Source: a virus | Lineage: Duplodnaviria > Caudoviricetes | IMG/VR virus record: IMGVR_UViG_3300013121_000046 | Direction: 5' to 3' (one strand) | DNA: 64,000 nt | In this document: one piece after another, positions 36,568 to 45,400 of the stretch | How the letters are laid out: every line of letters begins with the position of its first letter | Position numbering within the stretch: the first letter of the stretch is position 1 | Position numbers and translations under genes: made by a program | Notes under the pieces: generated by a model | What the model was told of the DNA's origin: nothing | The model's database searches: none | What the model saw: only the letters and a program-made list of their open reading frames with translations

Positions 36568-37137
36568 CTAGTCCAAGTCTCTTTCCATATCAAGTTCATC
36601 CCCACCCGAAGAGGATCCCCCCTGACGTTTCTCATATTCTGCCCGAGAGATAATCAGGGCCGCAGCCTTTTCCAGATCGGGCAAATATGTGGCCCCATAT
36701 CGCTCAATAATTGTCAAAAACTCGTTAATTTCGGGGGCCACCTTAGTGAAAACCTCCTTGCCACCATCATCCAAAACGATATCCCCCTCCTTATCTCGTT
36801 TAGGCTGTATCCAACAAAGGAAATGGTCCAAAATAGCAATATGATGGGGGGATATCTCTGGATCATTCCAAATTTGGCCGTTCAGAAGCAAAATGGCATC
36901 CAAACCATGATATTGCTTATGCAGAGCCGGGCAGAGCACCGTTTGACCTAACCGTACCCTCCCCTCGGGGGTAGGGCCCCACCCCTGATGCCAAGCCAAA
37001 CCTATTTGTGCTGAGGCTATTTCAGGATGAAACCTGACCACTAAGTCTTCTAAGATTCGGTATAATTCAGTTTTTACCGTGATTCCGTTAACTTCTTCAG
37101 TTTTAGCTATCGGGAATATGGTAGTTTTTCGGCTCAT
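36568..37137 (-). CDS. putative phage metallopeptidase-like protein, degenerate
   Basis: HPEI..A.I, LGQ, ILDHFLCW (canonical LxDHELxH) and EF..IIERYG motifs. Confidence 0.65.
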   Translation of the reverse strand: MSRKTTIFPIAKTEEVNGITVKTELYRILEDLVVRFHPEIASAQIGLAWHQGWGPTPEGRVRLGQTVLCPALHKQYHGLDAILLLNGQIWNDPEISPHHIAILDHFLCWIQPKRDKEGDIVLDDGGKEVFTKVAPEINEFLTIIERYGATYLPDLEKAAALIISRAEYEKRQGGSSSGGDELDMERDLD

Positions 37138-37184
37138 GTCTATGCTCCTACATCCGGGTTAGGGGGAGTATCAAGGGGCGTACG

Positions 37185-38090
37185 TTATGGTACTCTGGAC
37201 GGTGGATCCGGCCGAGAGAATTTCTTTCTACTTCTCAATAGTTCATCCTCAAAAGCTGTGCCCTTTACTCCGTCAGAAAATACAATTTCATAAACAAGAG
37301 GGGTACCGTTATCCAGTCTTTCCTTGTAACTTAAATCCCCAAACTCGGGGTTGAGTACTTTTCCGACCGTAACTTTTTGATGGGATCGGTACCACAACTC
37401 GGCATCGGCTGATTTGTGGCTCTCCCAACAGTGGTATTCAAACCACCTACTGATCCCTACTTCAATGGTGTCTTTAAGTTTTTTACTGCTCATACGAGTA
37501 GTCGAAGGGATATGTGAACCAAAATTCTCTGCTATAATTACTTTACCAATAACTGACCTAAGATTCCTCTTAAAAAAAGCATCATATATTCTCTCTAGTT
37601 CTTCATTCTGAAAACCACAGGTACCACGTACAAACCAATTAGTAAAAACTTCGTGATACCACTCGTCTCCATTCGCTTTATGTTGCCTAATAGACTTAGG
37701 GGCCTTTCCAGGCAAAAATACAACTTCATCTTTTACTACTGCCGGAAAATTTTCAGTTGTCTCTAAGTCAAAAATAGCGTGAGAAATCTGATGAATAATA
37801 ATCCAGGGCGTAGGAGGGTGAATAACGTCAGAATAGAACGGCTGTTGCCTCCGACCAATGTTATACCACAAAGTTATTACATTAGGTTCAGCCTCTGGCT
37901 TATCCCCACCAAAAATTATTCTAATAGGGATACCGCTTAACTTGACCCACTTTTCTACTTTTTCCCGGGTCTTAGGGTGCTCAATATGTTGCCTATCTCC
38001 CGAAGTAAAGTAATTCCCCTCTTCATCCTTGAAATCCCAACCAACTAATTGCGCAAGCTTTAATCTTCTACTTACCATTGAAGTACCCAA
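37185..38090 (-). CDS. two-domain hypothetical protein
   Basis: PTPWIIIHQISH zincin-like N-domain; C-domain WFEYHCWESHKSADAELWYRSHQ. Confidence 0.6.
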   Translation of the reverse strand: MGTSMVSRRLKLAQLVGWDFKDEEGNYFTSGDRQHIEHPKTREKVEKWVKLSGIPIRIIFGGDKPEAEPNVITLWYNIGRRQQPFYSDVIHPPTPWIIIHQISHAIFDLETTENFPAVVKDEVVFLPGKAPKSIRQHKANGDEWYHEVFTNWFVRGTCGFQNEELERIYDAFFKRNLRSVIGKVIIAENFGSHIPSTTRMSSKKLKDTIEVGISRWFEYHCWESHKSADAELWYRSHQKVTVGKVLNPEFGDLSYKERLDNGTPLVYEIVFSDGVKGTAFEDELLRSRKKFSRPDPPSRVP

Positions 38091-38099
38091 AAAACAGAG

Positions 38100-38312
38100 T
38101 TAAGCGCCAACAACTTTTTTAAGCATTTTTGGCCCAATCTCAAAGGCTGCGAAGAGAGAAGTCATAGCCCCAATGGTCTTTGCTTCTGTTTCATCAAAAT
38201 CAAAGGCTGTCATCCACAGAATAAACGCTAAGCAACCTGTCAAGGTTACCATTCTAGTTAGAGCCCAGATTGGGTGAGAACCTTCCCATAGACTAGAGTT
38301 AGATTCACTCAT
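38100..38312 (-). CDS. small two-TM membrane protein (holin-like candidate)
   Basis: 70 aa with two hydrophobic helices and a basic C-terminus. Confidence 0.45.
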   Translation of the reverse strand: MSESNSSLWEGSHPIWALTRMVTLTGCLAFILWMTAFDFDETEAKTIGAMTSLFAAFEIGPKMLKKVVGA

Positions 38313-38378
38313 AATAAAAATCCTATAGGCTTAAGAAAGGGGAGAACGGCGACGTACTCACCCTAGAGTTCACCTACG

Positions 38379-38422
38379 AAAAAGCCCTAATCATCTGACC
38401 TAACTAGTCAGATGATTAGGGC
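38379..38422 (-). terminator. intrinsic terminator
   Basis: 16-bp stem GCCCTAATCATCTGAC/GTCAGATGATTAGGGC plus U5. Confidence 0.8.
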
Positions 38423-38448
38423 CATAAATACCACACTAGGCACTCCAA

Positions 38449-38895
38449 CTAGACTCTAATTGATTCCTTGAGAGCCTGTCGAACCTCAGTTAACACCCCA
38501 TCCACCTCTAAACCAACCACAACACAAAGGGGGAACTCTTCTCCAACTGGCGGAGCCACAGAAAAATCCCCAAAAACTACATCTTCTGACTCACACACCA
38601 AAGCCACCGTTCTCCCCGATTCCTCCGCTCCATCCAAGGGACCCCAAACCACTTGAGCAGAATTGATGGGTATAATCTCACTGGTCCAAATCACCCAAGG
38701 CTGTCCTTCCCGTGATTCAGTAGTCATAACCCATTGAGTCGCCAGAATAGTCACAGAACAATGGACCTGATTATCAACAATACTTGAAGTCAGATCCACA
38801 TCTAACTCAACACCATCTGGAGTCATGTCACAACCCTTTTCAAAATACAGTATAAAACACAGACTAACTACTAGGGTAGTACTAATCCCCACCAA
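38449..38895 (-). CDS. hypothetical protein
   Basis: 148-aa ORF; start uncertain (possibly MTPDG). Confidence 0.5.
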   Translation of the reverse strand: MVGISTTLVVSLCFILYFEKGCDMTPDGVELDVDLTSSIVDNQVHCSVTILATQWVMTTESREGQPWVIWTSEIIPINSAQVVWGPLDGAEESGRTVALVCESEDVVFGDFSVAPPVGEEFPLCVVVGLEVDGVLTEVRQALKESIRV

Positions 38896-38936
38896 TAGTT
38901 ACTCAATAGCAATTACAGGTTGGTATAGGTTGAGAC

Positions 38937-39221
38937 CTAATCAGAGAAATACCTAATGTTTTTTCCCAATAACTGTGCTAATTTTCTATGGTAGGGGCAG
39001 GTAAATTCGGCTTCATTTCTAACTGAATACTTATTAACAACAAATTGAATAAGCTCAATCACCGTTGCACGAATCTCCAATAATTTTGTTGTCTCCCCTA
39101 AGCTATTACCACAAATGCAAGTCTGGCCATCTCCCGTAACTTTTTTATGTTCTACTTCCCCCGTTATAATAATTTTTTCCATAGGAAACTTACAGAAAGG
39201 ACATAACATTACTCCAGACAT
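38937..39221 (-). CDS. small Cys-containing hypothetical protein
   Basis: CPFC, CIC and CPYH motifs. Confidence 0.55.
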   Translation of the reverse strand: MSGVMLCPFCKFPMEKIIITGEVEHKKVTGDGQTCICGNSLGETTKLLEIRATVIELIQFVVNKYSVRNEAEFTCPYHRKLAQLLGKNIRYFSD

Positions 39222-39248
39222 AATCCATTCCCCTAGTTATCTACAGCC

Positions 39249-39788
39249 TTAACTACTTTTTGTGCCCTCAAGATCAAACTCCTGCCAGTATCTACTCAAC
39301 TCCAGCTTCTGATTTTGGTACTTACCCGCGTAAGGTTGAAAATTACCGATCATTTGATGATAATAAATCTGACAGATCGACATATTAGGAAAAATAAGAA
39401 CCGGATGCACTACAGTAATTTCCAGAGTCCAATACCCCTTAAACCCATGATCCCCAAAACCAGCCGAAACATGTATTTGTATCCCCAATCGAGCCGCAGA
39501 AGACCGACCTTCGATCATTGGGACTAGTTCATTAGGAGTTTCTGTGTATTCAACTGTTCTCCCTAAATACAAAGTTCCTGGAACAAGCTTAAAACCTTCC
39601 TTAGGAATTCTGTGAGAAACCGCCGTTGGTTTTTTTCTAGGGTCTAGAACTTCGTCACTGTAGGTCCATAATTCCGGGTGTAGAGTTAAATCATAACTAT
39701 TAGGACCCAAGTGCTTATCTCGCCAAGGTAAGATAAGCAAATTTCCTAAAAGGACTCTACGTTTTATCTCAGGTCCAGAAAGTATCAT
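39249..39788 (-). CDS. dcd: dCTP deaminase
   Basis: PNSYDL, EGRSSAARLG, AGFGD.GF.G.WTLEI and Y.GKYQNQ motifs. Confidence 0.93.
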   Translation of the reverse strand: MILSGPEIKRRVLLGNLLILPWRDKHLGPNSYDLTLHPELWTYSDEVLDPRKKPTAVSHRIPKEGFKLVPGTLYLGRTVEYTETPNELVPMIEGRSSAARLGIQIHVSAGFGDHGFKGYWTLEITVVHPVLIFPNMSICQIYYHQMIGNFQPYAGKYQNQKLELSRYWQEFDLEGTKSS

Positions 39789-39805
39789 AGTGCTCTAGAA
39801 AGTAT

Positions 39806-40363
39806 TTACTGGTACAAATTAACCTGATCTCCCCAGGAAGACCAACCCTCTTTTTTAGTTCTAGCGAACAATTCTAAGTATGGCCCAGGACTACAAGACT
39901 CTATAATCCGGTACATCTCATCAGGTTTTCTTGAGTGTTCACGTTTTCTAGTTGCTACCAAGTTGACCTGAGTTCTTCCCGGATCAAGGGTCCTCATCTT
40001 TCCTTTCACACCAAATAATAGGAGTTCAGTAACATTCCGAAAATAAAATCCAACGCCTCGACCATCAGGCCCACCGTCTTTTCGCACCTTGTACCACACA
40101 AGATTTGTTTTGTAGGTAAAACCCCAAGCCTGCATAACCTCTAAACCCCAGGGTAACAAGGCATTGGGAACCCATAGATACAGGTGGCTTTTAGGATTTG
40201 CTAAAGATTCTACTGGGAGTGCTCTAATCTCCTCAATGGACAGAGTACTATACCGGTGAAGTCGCTCATGTTCTGGTGCCATCTTCCCTGTAGAATTCTG
40301 GAATCTCCAGGGGGGGTCAGCAAGAATCGTAGAAAATTTGCTGCTTAAATCGGATAGTAGCAT
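39806..40363 (-). CDS. MT-A70 family adenine methyltransferase
   Basis: ADPPW, LYLW, WGFTYKT, G.YFRNVTE and REHSRKP motifs. Confidence 0.95.
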   Translation of the reverse strand: MLLSDLSSKFSTILADPPWRFQNSTGKMAPEHERLHRYSTLSIEEIRALPVESLANPKSHLYLWVPNALLPWGLEVMQAWGFTYKTNLVWYKVRKDGGPDGRGVGFYFRNVTELLLFGVKGKMRTLDPGRTQVNLVATRKREHSRKPDEMYRIIESCSPGPYLELFARTKKEGWSSWGDQVNLYQ

Positions 40364-40369
40364 ATGACT

Positions 40370-42334
40370 CTACCTAGGGACTTGATACACAAGGATACTC
40401 TCGTACCAATTACCAGACTTTGAAAATCTTGAGGGAATTCTATAGGGTATATCCTCTTTGAGCGGCCAAGGGGCGACTCGCTTCCAACTCTCTGCTGCGG
40501 GAGCCCGCCTAGGATTTCCTACTTGAATGCCTATTATAGCGCCCGGCTTCATAACTCTTTGAAGCATTTCAAATACCTTGGCAATCCATCTTTCATAATC
40601 TTCGATACTCTGACAAAAAACACAAACTTGAGATTTATCTTCAGCATATCGCTCATAATTAAAATACGGAGGGGATGTAAAACACAAGTCATACTCCAGT
40701 CCTTGGGGAGGGGACCAATTTTCTGCTCCAATTAAATGAAGAAAGATAGGTTTATCTACCTTTTTTTGAAGAGTTTGTCGTAAAGTTTGATTACCCATCA
40801 AAGTCTTTTCACTGGGATCCAACCCAGTATAGGACAAAACTTTTTCAGAGGCCCAGCAACCCACCATTCTACCGCCAAAGCCCGCTGAGAAATCAAGTAC
40901 ATGTCCAGGCTCCTGGAAAAATAGGTCACAGAAAGTCTTAGCTACAGCCGGGGGAAAGTTTCCAACTGTCTTTTTTTCATATTTAAGTGCTTGCAAAAGG
41001 TGTTTAGGCTCCAGGCCCTTGCCGGACTCTACGAGTCTGGTTAGGACTTTCTCAAGAATTTGAGAGTCCTGAAAAGCCCCTAAAGTCGTGATCTTTCTAG
41101 AGTTTATTCGGACACCCCAAATATGGGGGTGAAAGCTGGTACATAGATTGACCCCAGTATTTAGGTACTGCCAGGTTCTATCCTCTTTCCGCACCTGCGA
41201 TGGCTGCACCCGTTGAATTTGATCCAATGTCCGGGATATTTGCTTCTCGGAGTATTTCGGGTATGGGAATCCGGCTACCCGGTAAACGCTAAGCAAGGAT
41301 CGCACTGTCGCTTCTTTGGACAGCCCCCCGGTTTTTAGAGCCTTCAAAGCCTCGGACTGGCTATGATCGGCTGACTCAGGGTTTATGAAAGTGGGAAACT
41401 GCGTAAAAATCTGTTGTCGCGGTTGCATAAGGGCCTCGGACGCCAGAATCTCCTGAAAATTTTCCAGACTTTTGGGCCCTTTGACCAAGAATTTCCGCAC
41501 CCGCATCCCGGCTGGGATACTGTGTAGAGCCTGAACTCCCCAGCTACTTAGCTTTTTGATGAGTTTATCGGCCTCGTCCGGGAAATTAAGGAGTAACTTG
41601 GAGGTCCAGGAAGCGTGCCCTTTTCGAGATGTTCTCCCGGAGTCTGCAAACCAGGAAACCAGTACACCAGGGGTAACCCGGGAAGCCCCGTCAATCGGCC
41701 AGACTTTTTTCCCCTCCGGGTACAGTAAGTCCCACCATTTTTGCCAGTATGGGGAAGCCTCTGAAGTTACCCTACCCGTCAGGTACGAGGATCCATTACG
41801 AATGGTGTGCATCTGCTGATATTTGGCGGAGAAAAACTCTCCTAGAATATCCCGTTTTTTGAGTGCATAGCCGGTTTCCTGTAGGGGGTGATGGCATACA
41901 AAGTAGGGTACCCCACTTCGGGATCTTCGCAGGGTGGCTTTTCCTAGCAGTGTCCCAAGAATAAATTCCTCTACCTCTTCTGGGACTATTTGTGCTGGGA
42001 CCCGCTTATTAACTCGCTCTGTTTTGCTCAGCGGGGATATGCCATACTTAGCTCTGAGCCCCAAAACATGATGCCGCTTCATCTGATACTTCACCATAAT
42101 CTGGCGATCAGATAAAAGATTCTCTTGGTATTCTCGCTCCAGCACTTCTTTGGGGAGCCGCTTTTCCAGTCGCTCCCAATTAAACCGTAGTCGGCTAAGC
42201 CCGAATTTCTTCACATACCAGTCAATAACGTCCCGGGAGCATCCGAACTCTGCAACCAGGGGAGCAGCCCCCTCTTTTCGATATCGGGACTTTATCGCCT
42301 GCTTTAGACCGGGGTACTTTTCCGGGGGAGCCAT
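40370..42334 (-). CDS. HTH plus degenerate LAGLIDADG domain fused to an amino (N4C/N6A) DNA methyltransferase
   Basis: ILGTLLGKA and SWFADSG (LAGLIDADG_2-like); VLDFSAGFGGR (motif I) and FTSPPY (motif IV). Confidence 0.8.
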   Translation of the reverse strand: MAPPEKYPGLKQAIKSRYRKEGAAPLVAEFGCSRDVIDWYVKKFGLSRLRFNWERLEKRLPKEVLEREYQENLLSDRQIMVKYQMKRHHVLGLRAKYGISPLSKTERVNKRVPAQIVPEEVEEFILGTLLGKATLRRSRSGVPYFVCHHPLQETGYALKKRDILGEFFSAKYQQMHTIRNGSSYLTGRVTSEASPYWQKWWDLLYPEGKKVWPIDGASRVTPGVLVSWFADSGRTSRKGHASWTSKLLLNFPDEADKLIKKLSSWGVQALHSIPAGMRVRKFLVKGPKSLENFQEILASEALMQPRQQIFTQFPTFINPESADHSQSEALKALKTGGLSKEATVRSLLSVYRVAGFPYPKYSEKQISRTLDQIQRVQPSQVRKEDRTWQYLNTGVNLCTSFHPHIWGVRINSRKITTLGAFQDSQILEKVLTRLVESGKGLEPKHLLQALKYEKKTVGNFPPAVAKTFCDLFFQEPGHVLDFSAGFGGRMVGCWASEKVLSYTGLDPSEKTLMGNQTLRQTLQKKVDKPIFLHLIGAENWSPPQGLEYDLCFTSPPYFNYERYAEDKSQVCVFCQSIEDYERWIAKVFEMLQRVMKPGAIIGIQVGNPRRAPAAESWKRVAPWPLKEDIPYRIPSRFSKSGNWYESILVYQVPR

Positions 42335-42346
42335 TTGTGACCCTAT

Positions 42347-43345
42347 TCAGGGGGCTAGGTGTGCAGCTTCCAGAGTTTTCTGATATTTTCTTTCCAGAAA
42401 TGGTTGGGTTAGGTCTGAGTATAGATAATCCTTCAGCCGAATTATGTCTTCCAAACCTTGCCAGGTGGCTTTCCAGGTTATTCCACTTTTACTGGCCGGA
42501 TCGACATCAAAGTATCCTGGACCGACTCCAGCCTTGGTCATCAGTAGCTCTCGAAGGGTTCCCAGGAATCTGGGAGTTCCCAGGAGATACCAATGCCTTT
42601 TAACGGGTCTTCCTGGGTAGTGATAAAGTCCCACACTACCGTCCCCATCGAAGTACCCACGAATAAAGTGGGGAAGAAATTCATCCGGAACCATAGGGAA
42701 AGGATCGTCACGGTTGGACTTATTGGGGTACATCCCGTGAGTTTCGATCAGGGACTGAGCCAGGTAGGTAGAGCAAATAACACAACTCGTCATTTGGGAA
42801 AGGCGGCCACTTATCTGCCGCACTATACGTCTTCGCACTTTATGCTGTGAGCCCAATCGGGCTCTTGTCTCTAAAATGAGAGATTCATCCAGAGTCTGCA
42901 CATACAGTCGGTACATAGTGACTTTTTTTAATCGCTTATCGTATCCCAGGGAACCATCGGCAAAACCATTCCCTAGATCGTAAGCCATAGTCGGAGACCA
43001 GTGCTCAAAGTAATCGGTCTTCAATGTCTCCCGGTTATTTTTCCGAACCTTTGATGCCGGGCTCAGTATTTTTCTCTTCTCCAAACGGCTGCTTACTGTA
43101 GACTCACAGCACCCAAATTTCTTTGAAATACTCAAGATTGACTCGGTGTCCCCAAATTTATCCACGTAAGCATCTAGTTCCTTGGGGTTTTGAAAATACT
43201 TATTGAGAGATTCAATTCCTAAGATACGGCAACGGTAATAAAAGGTGGTCCCTTTTATCCCCAATATTTTGGCAGCGGCGCGCATACCATGCTCTTGGAC
43301 TAAGTTACGGTAATTTTCAATCTCTTCTGGAGACAGTTTGAGCAT
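42347..43345 (-). CDS. free-standing LAGLIDADG homing endonuclease with N-terminal HTH
   Basis: AYDLGNGFADGS and FIRGYFDGDGS motifs; C-terminal LY...FLERK. Confidence 0.88.
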   Translation of the reverse strand: MLKLSPEEIENYRNLVQEHGMRAAAKILGIKGTTFYYRCRILGIESLNKYFQNPKELDAYVDKFGDTESILSISKKFGCCESTVSSRLEKRKILSPASKVRKNNRETLKTDYFEHWSPTMAYDLGNGFADGSLGYDKRLKKVTMYRLYVQTLDESLILETRARLGSQHKVRRRIVRQISGRLSQMTSCVICSTYLAQSLIETHGMYPNKSNRDDPFPMVPDEFLPHFIRGYFDGDGSVGLYHYPGRPVKRHWYLLGTPRFLGTLRELLMTKAGVGPGYFDVDPASKSGITWKATWQGLEDIIRLKDYLYSDLTQPFLERKYQKTLEAAHLAP

Positions 43346-43374
43346 AGGAATACTCCAGTGGGGACTCCTACTTG

Positions 43375-43403
43375 ATTATACTAGGGACGAATTCCAGTTG
43401 CAG
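43375..43403 (-). promoter_or_regulatory. sigma70-like promoter CTGCAA-N17-TATAAT inside a long inverted repeat
   Basis: TATAAT at 43375..43380, 17-bp spacer, CTGCAA at 43398..43403; 30 nt upstream of the endonuclease ATG. Confidence 0.55.
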
Positions 43404-43480
43404 AGAAATTCCTGAGAATGGTCCTTAGTCCTAACTGGAACTAGACCCTAGTATCTGAAACTACTAAGTATGGCCAGTGG

Positions 43481-43523
43481 AAAAAGAAAAAGGCCAGTTG
43501 GAGTTTTCACCCCAACTGGCCTT
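43481..43523 (-). terminator. intrinsic terminator after the major capsid gene
   Basis: AAGGCCAGTTGG/CCAACTGGCCTT stem plus U-rich tail. Confidence 0.85.
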
Positions 43524-43566
43524 GATTCGTAGCTTCTTATCAGCCTAAGTCATTACTCACTAGGAA

Positions 43567-44427
43567 CTAGCGAGTAATCAAAATTCTCTGGCTAGATAAA
43601 AAGTTGTAGGCCAAGATTCCGAGTTGCTCGAAGATTGAGAAACCAACTTTCCGCTCCTCAGGACGGTCAGCCGTGATGACCGAAAGCTCGGTACGAACGG
43701 GCATACGTCCGTAAAATTCACGCTCACCACAAACATACAATGTGCCAGCAGGCACCACCCGGGACTTAATGACCTGACAACCATAAATCTTGCCAAGAAC
43801 ACCAGTCCGGAACATTGACTCCTGAGTCTCAGGACTCAAAGCATCGCGATCAAACTTCCGCAGATCAGCATAGTCCCGACCGTTCATAAAGATCCGGGCG
43901 GCACGAATTCCATGCTCCTCAATAGCTCCAATAGCATCAGAAATCACATCAGCAGTCAGAGGAGCCGCCACACTGATATCTGTGTGAGGATTAGCCGCAT
44001 CAGCCGCTAAAGCATCAATGGTCGAGAAGACTCTCACGTCTTCCTTCTCTTTGACACCAGCCACACCCAACTCAATGGTACGCTTAATCATATCGTACCG
44101 ACGTTCCTTGATCTGCGTCAGGGGAATCATAGGAACGGTAGCTAACTCAAACAGAGGAGCCGAAACTCTAGTTGACTGAGCCAAGACAGTGATCGAATCA
44201 CCACCCTCGGCCACAGCATAGGCCGGAATAATTGGATCCTTGTCATAAATGGCCAAAGCACCGTCCTCGATATCCTCCACCAAGAAGGCCTTACGACCCA
44301 CGGCAGCATAATCGCGGAACCGACGCAATGAAGGGGTCATCTTGGCAGCCATTGTCGTACGGCCAGCCCCCGAACCAATATACCGAGCGATAATCGACGA
44401 GAATGTCTGAGGTGATGGAGTACCCAT
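43567..44427 (-). CDS. major capsid protein (short HK97 fold)
   Basis: 286 aa; P-domain/A-domain patterns (A..VAEGG, IFMN.RDY.DL, GKIYG.QVI.S.VVPAG..Y, GF..FEQLG); own RBS and terminator; head module context. Confidence 0.85.
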   Translation of the reverse strand: MGTPSPQTFSSIIARYIGSGAGRTTMAAKMTPSLRRFRDYAAVGRKAFLVEDIEDGALAIYDKDPIIPAYAVAEGGDSITVLAQSTRVSAPLFELATVPMIPLTQIKERRYDMIKRTIELGVAGVKEKEDVRVFSTIDALAADAANPHTDISVAAPLTADVISDAIGAIEEHGIRAARIFMNGRDYADLRKFDRDALSPETQESMFRTGVLGKIYGCQVIKSRVVPAGTLYVCGEREFYGRMPVRTELSVITADRPEERKVGFSIFEQLGILAYNFLSSQRILITR

Positions 44428-44457
44428 CTTATCTCCCTTGTGGTATCTACCCTTGAG

Positions 44458-44527
44458 GAATAATGTTTTGCCCTAACTCGTAAGAGTGGGCCTGATCTAT
44501 ACAATTCCTTAGGGCAACCATTTATTC
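44458..44527 (-). promoter_or_regulatory. long hairpin in the probable capsid mRNA leader
   Basis: TTGCCCTAA/TTAGGGCAA core extended on both sides, ending 30 nt upstream of the MCP ATG. Confidence 0.5.
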
Positions 44528-44610
44528 GCAATTTGGACTAACTAAAGCCTAAACCCATAACAGTAAACAAGTTAGACCCTAAAAACAAAATATTTAATAG
44601 CCCTAGGGAC

Positions 44611-44643
44611 AAAAAAAACCGCCGGAAAACCCTTTCCGGCGGT
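44611..44643 (-). terminator. intrinsic terminator
   Basis: ACCGCCGGAAA/TTTCCGGCGGT stem plus U-run. Confidence 0.85.
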
Positions 44644-44731
44644 AGCAGGAGACCGTGATAGTAGATTTCTCTGACTAGTCACTCTCTTTTTAGCGTAAAA
44701 AGTATCTTATTAGTAAGATATTAAAGTATAC

Positions 44732-45379
44732 TTAATCTAAGACCTTAACACTATCCTTAATAAGATTATCTAAATCCTCAATACGATCTGGGCTGACCTT
44801 AATATACCACTCTCTAGGTTGATTTGATCCCTTAACGTTTACTCTGATCCCTAAAAATTCTTTCGGATTTATTATAGTACATACCGCAGACTCAGCCCCA
44901 GCCAAGTTAATACGCAAGTCATCCTTTAGTAAAGGCGAAAACCCTACTGCCGTATTCGTAAATTCAATTGATTGCTCAGACTCAAACAAAGCACAACGGA
45001 CATTAAACCCGGAAACGTATTCCAGTGCGCTCGAATGTACTGGCAGATAATAATACAAGTAAATAGGCCTGAATTTTACTTTTAGTATTAAGGTTGAAAA
45101 CGTTAACCAGTTCAAGTTCGAGTTATCCACAACATCCCATACAGTAATATCTAAAAGATCAAGCCAGTTAGTATACATACCGTAATTAAATTTTCTAACC
45201 CCAGCTACTTTAGCTGCCTGAAGAAAAAACTTACTGGAACAATTAATAATACTTTCCGGTCCCCTTAACGGGTATTGTAAACCATGTTGATTCCTAAAAA
45301 ACCAGCCTGCCCCGGTCTCAAAGAATAAGCTTTCCTGCCCCTCTCCCGTAATAACTGAATCCAACATAGAGGGCCGCAT
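44732..45379 (-). CDS. hypothetical protein (paralog of 45401..46060)
   Basis: G.G.E.L.F....GW, CSS, AGV and WD..FS blocks shared with the neighbour. Confidence 0.65.
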   Translation of the reverse strand: MRPSMLDSVITGEGQESLFFETGAGWFFRNQHGLQYPLRGPESIINCSSKFFLQAAKVAGVRKFNYGMYTNWLDLLDITVWDVVDNSNLNWLTFSTLILKVKFRPIYLYYYLPVHSSALEYVSGFNVRCALFESEQSIEFTNTAVGFSPLLKDDLRINLAGAESAVCTIINPKEFLGIRVNVKGSNQPREWYIKVSPDRIEDLDNLIKDSVKVLD

Positions 45380-45400
45380 AGAGTGAATCCTCTGATGTCT

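Noticed and set aside
43567-44427. Encapsulin nanocompartment system (short HK97-fold shell with nearby cytochromes)
   Set aside because: Terminase, portal, prohead protease, scaffold and tail genes are all present, so this is a phage capsid
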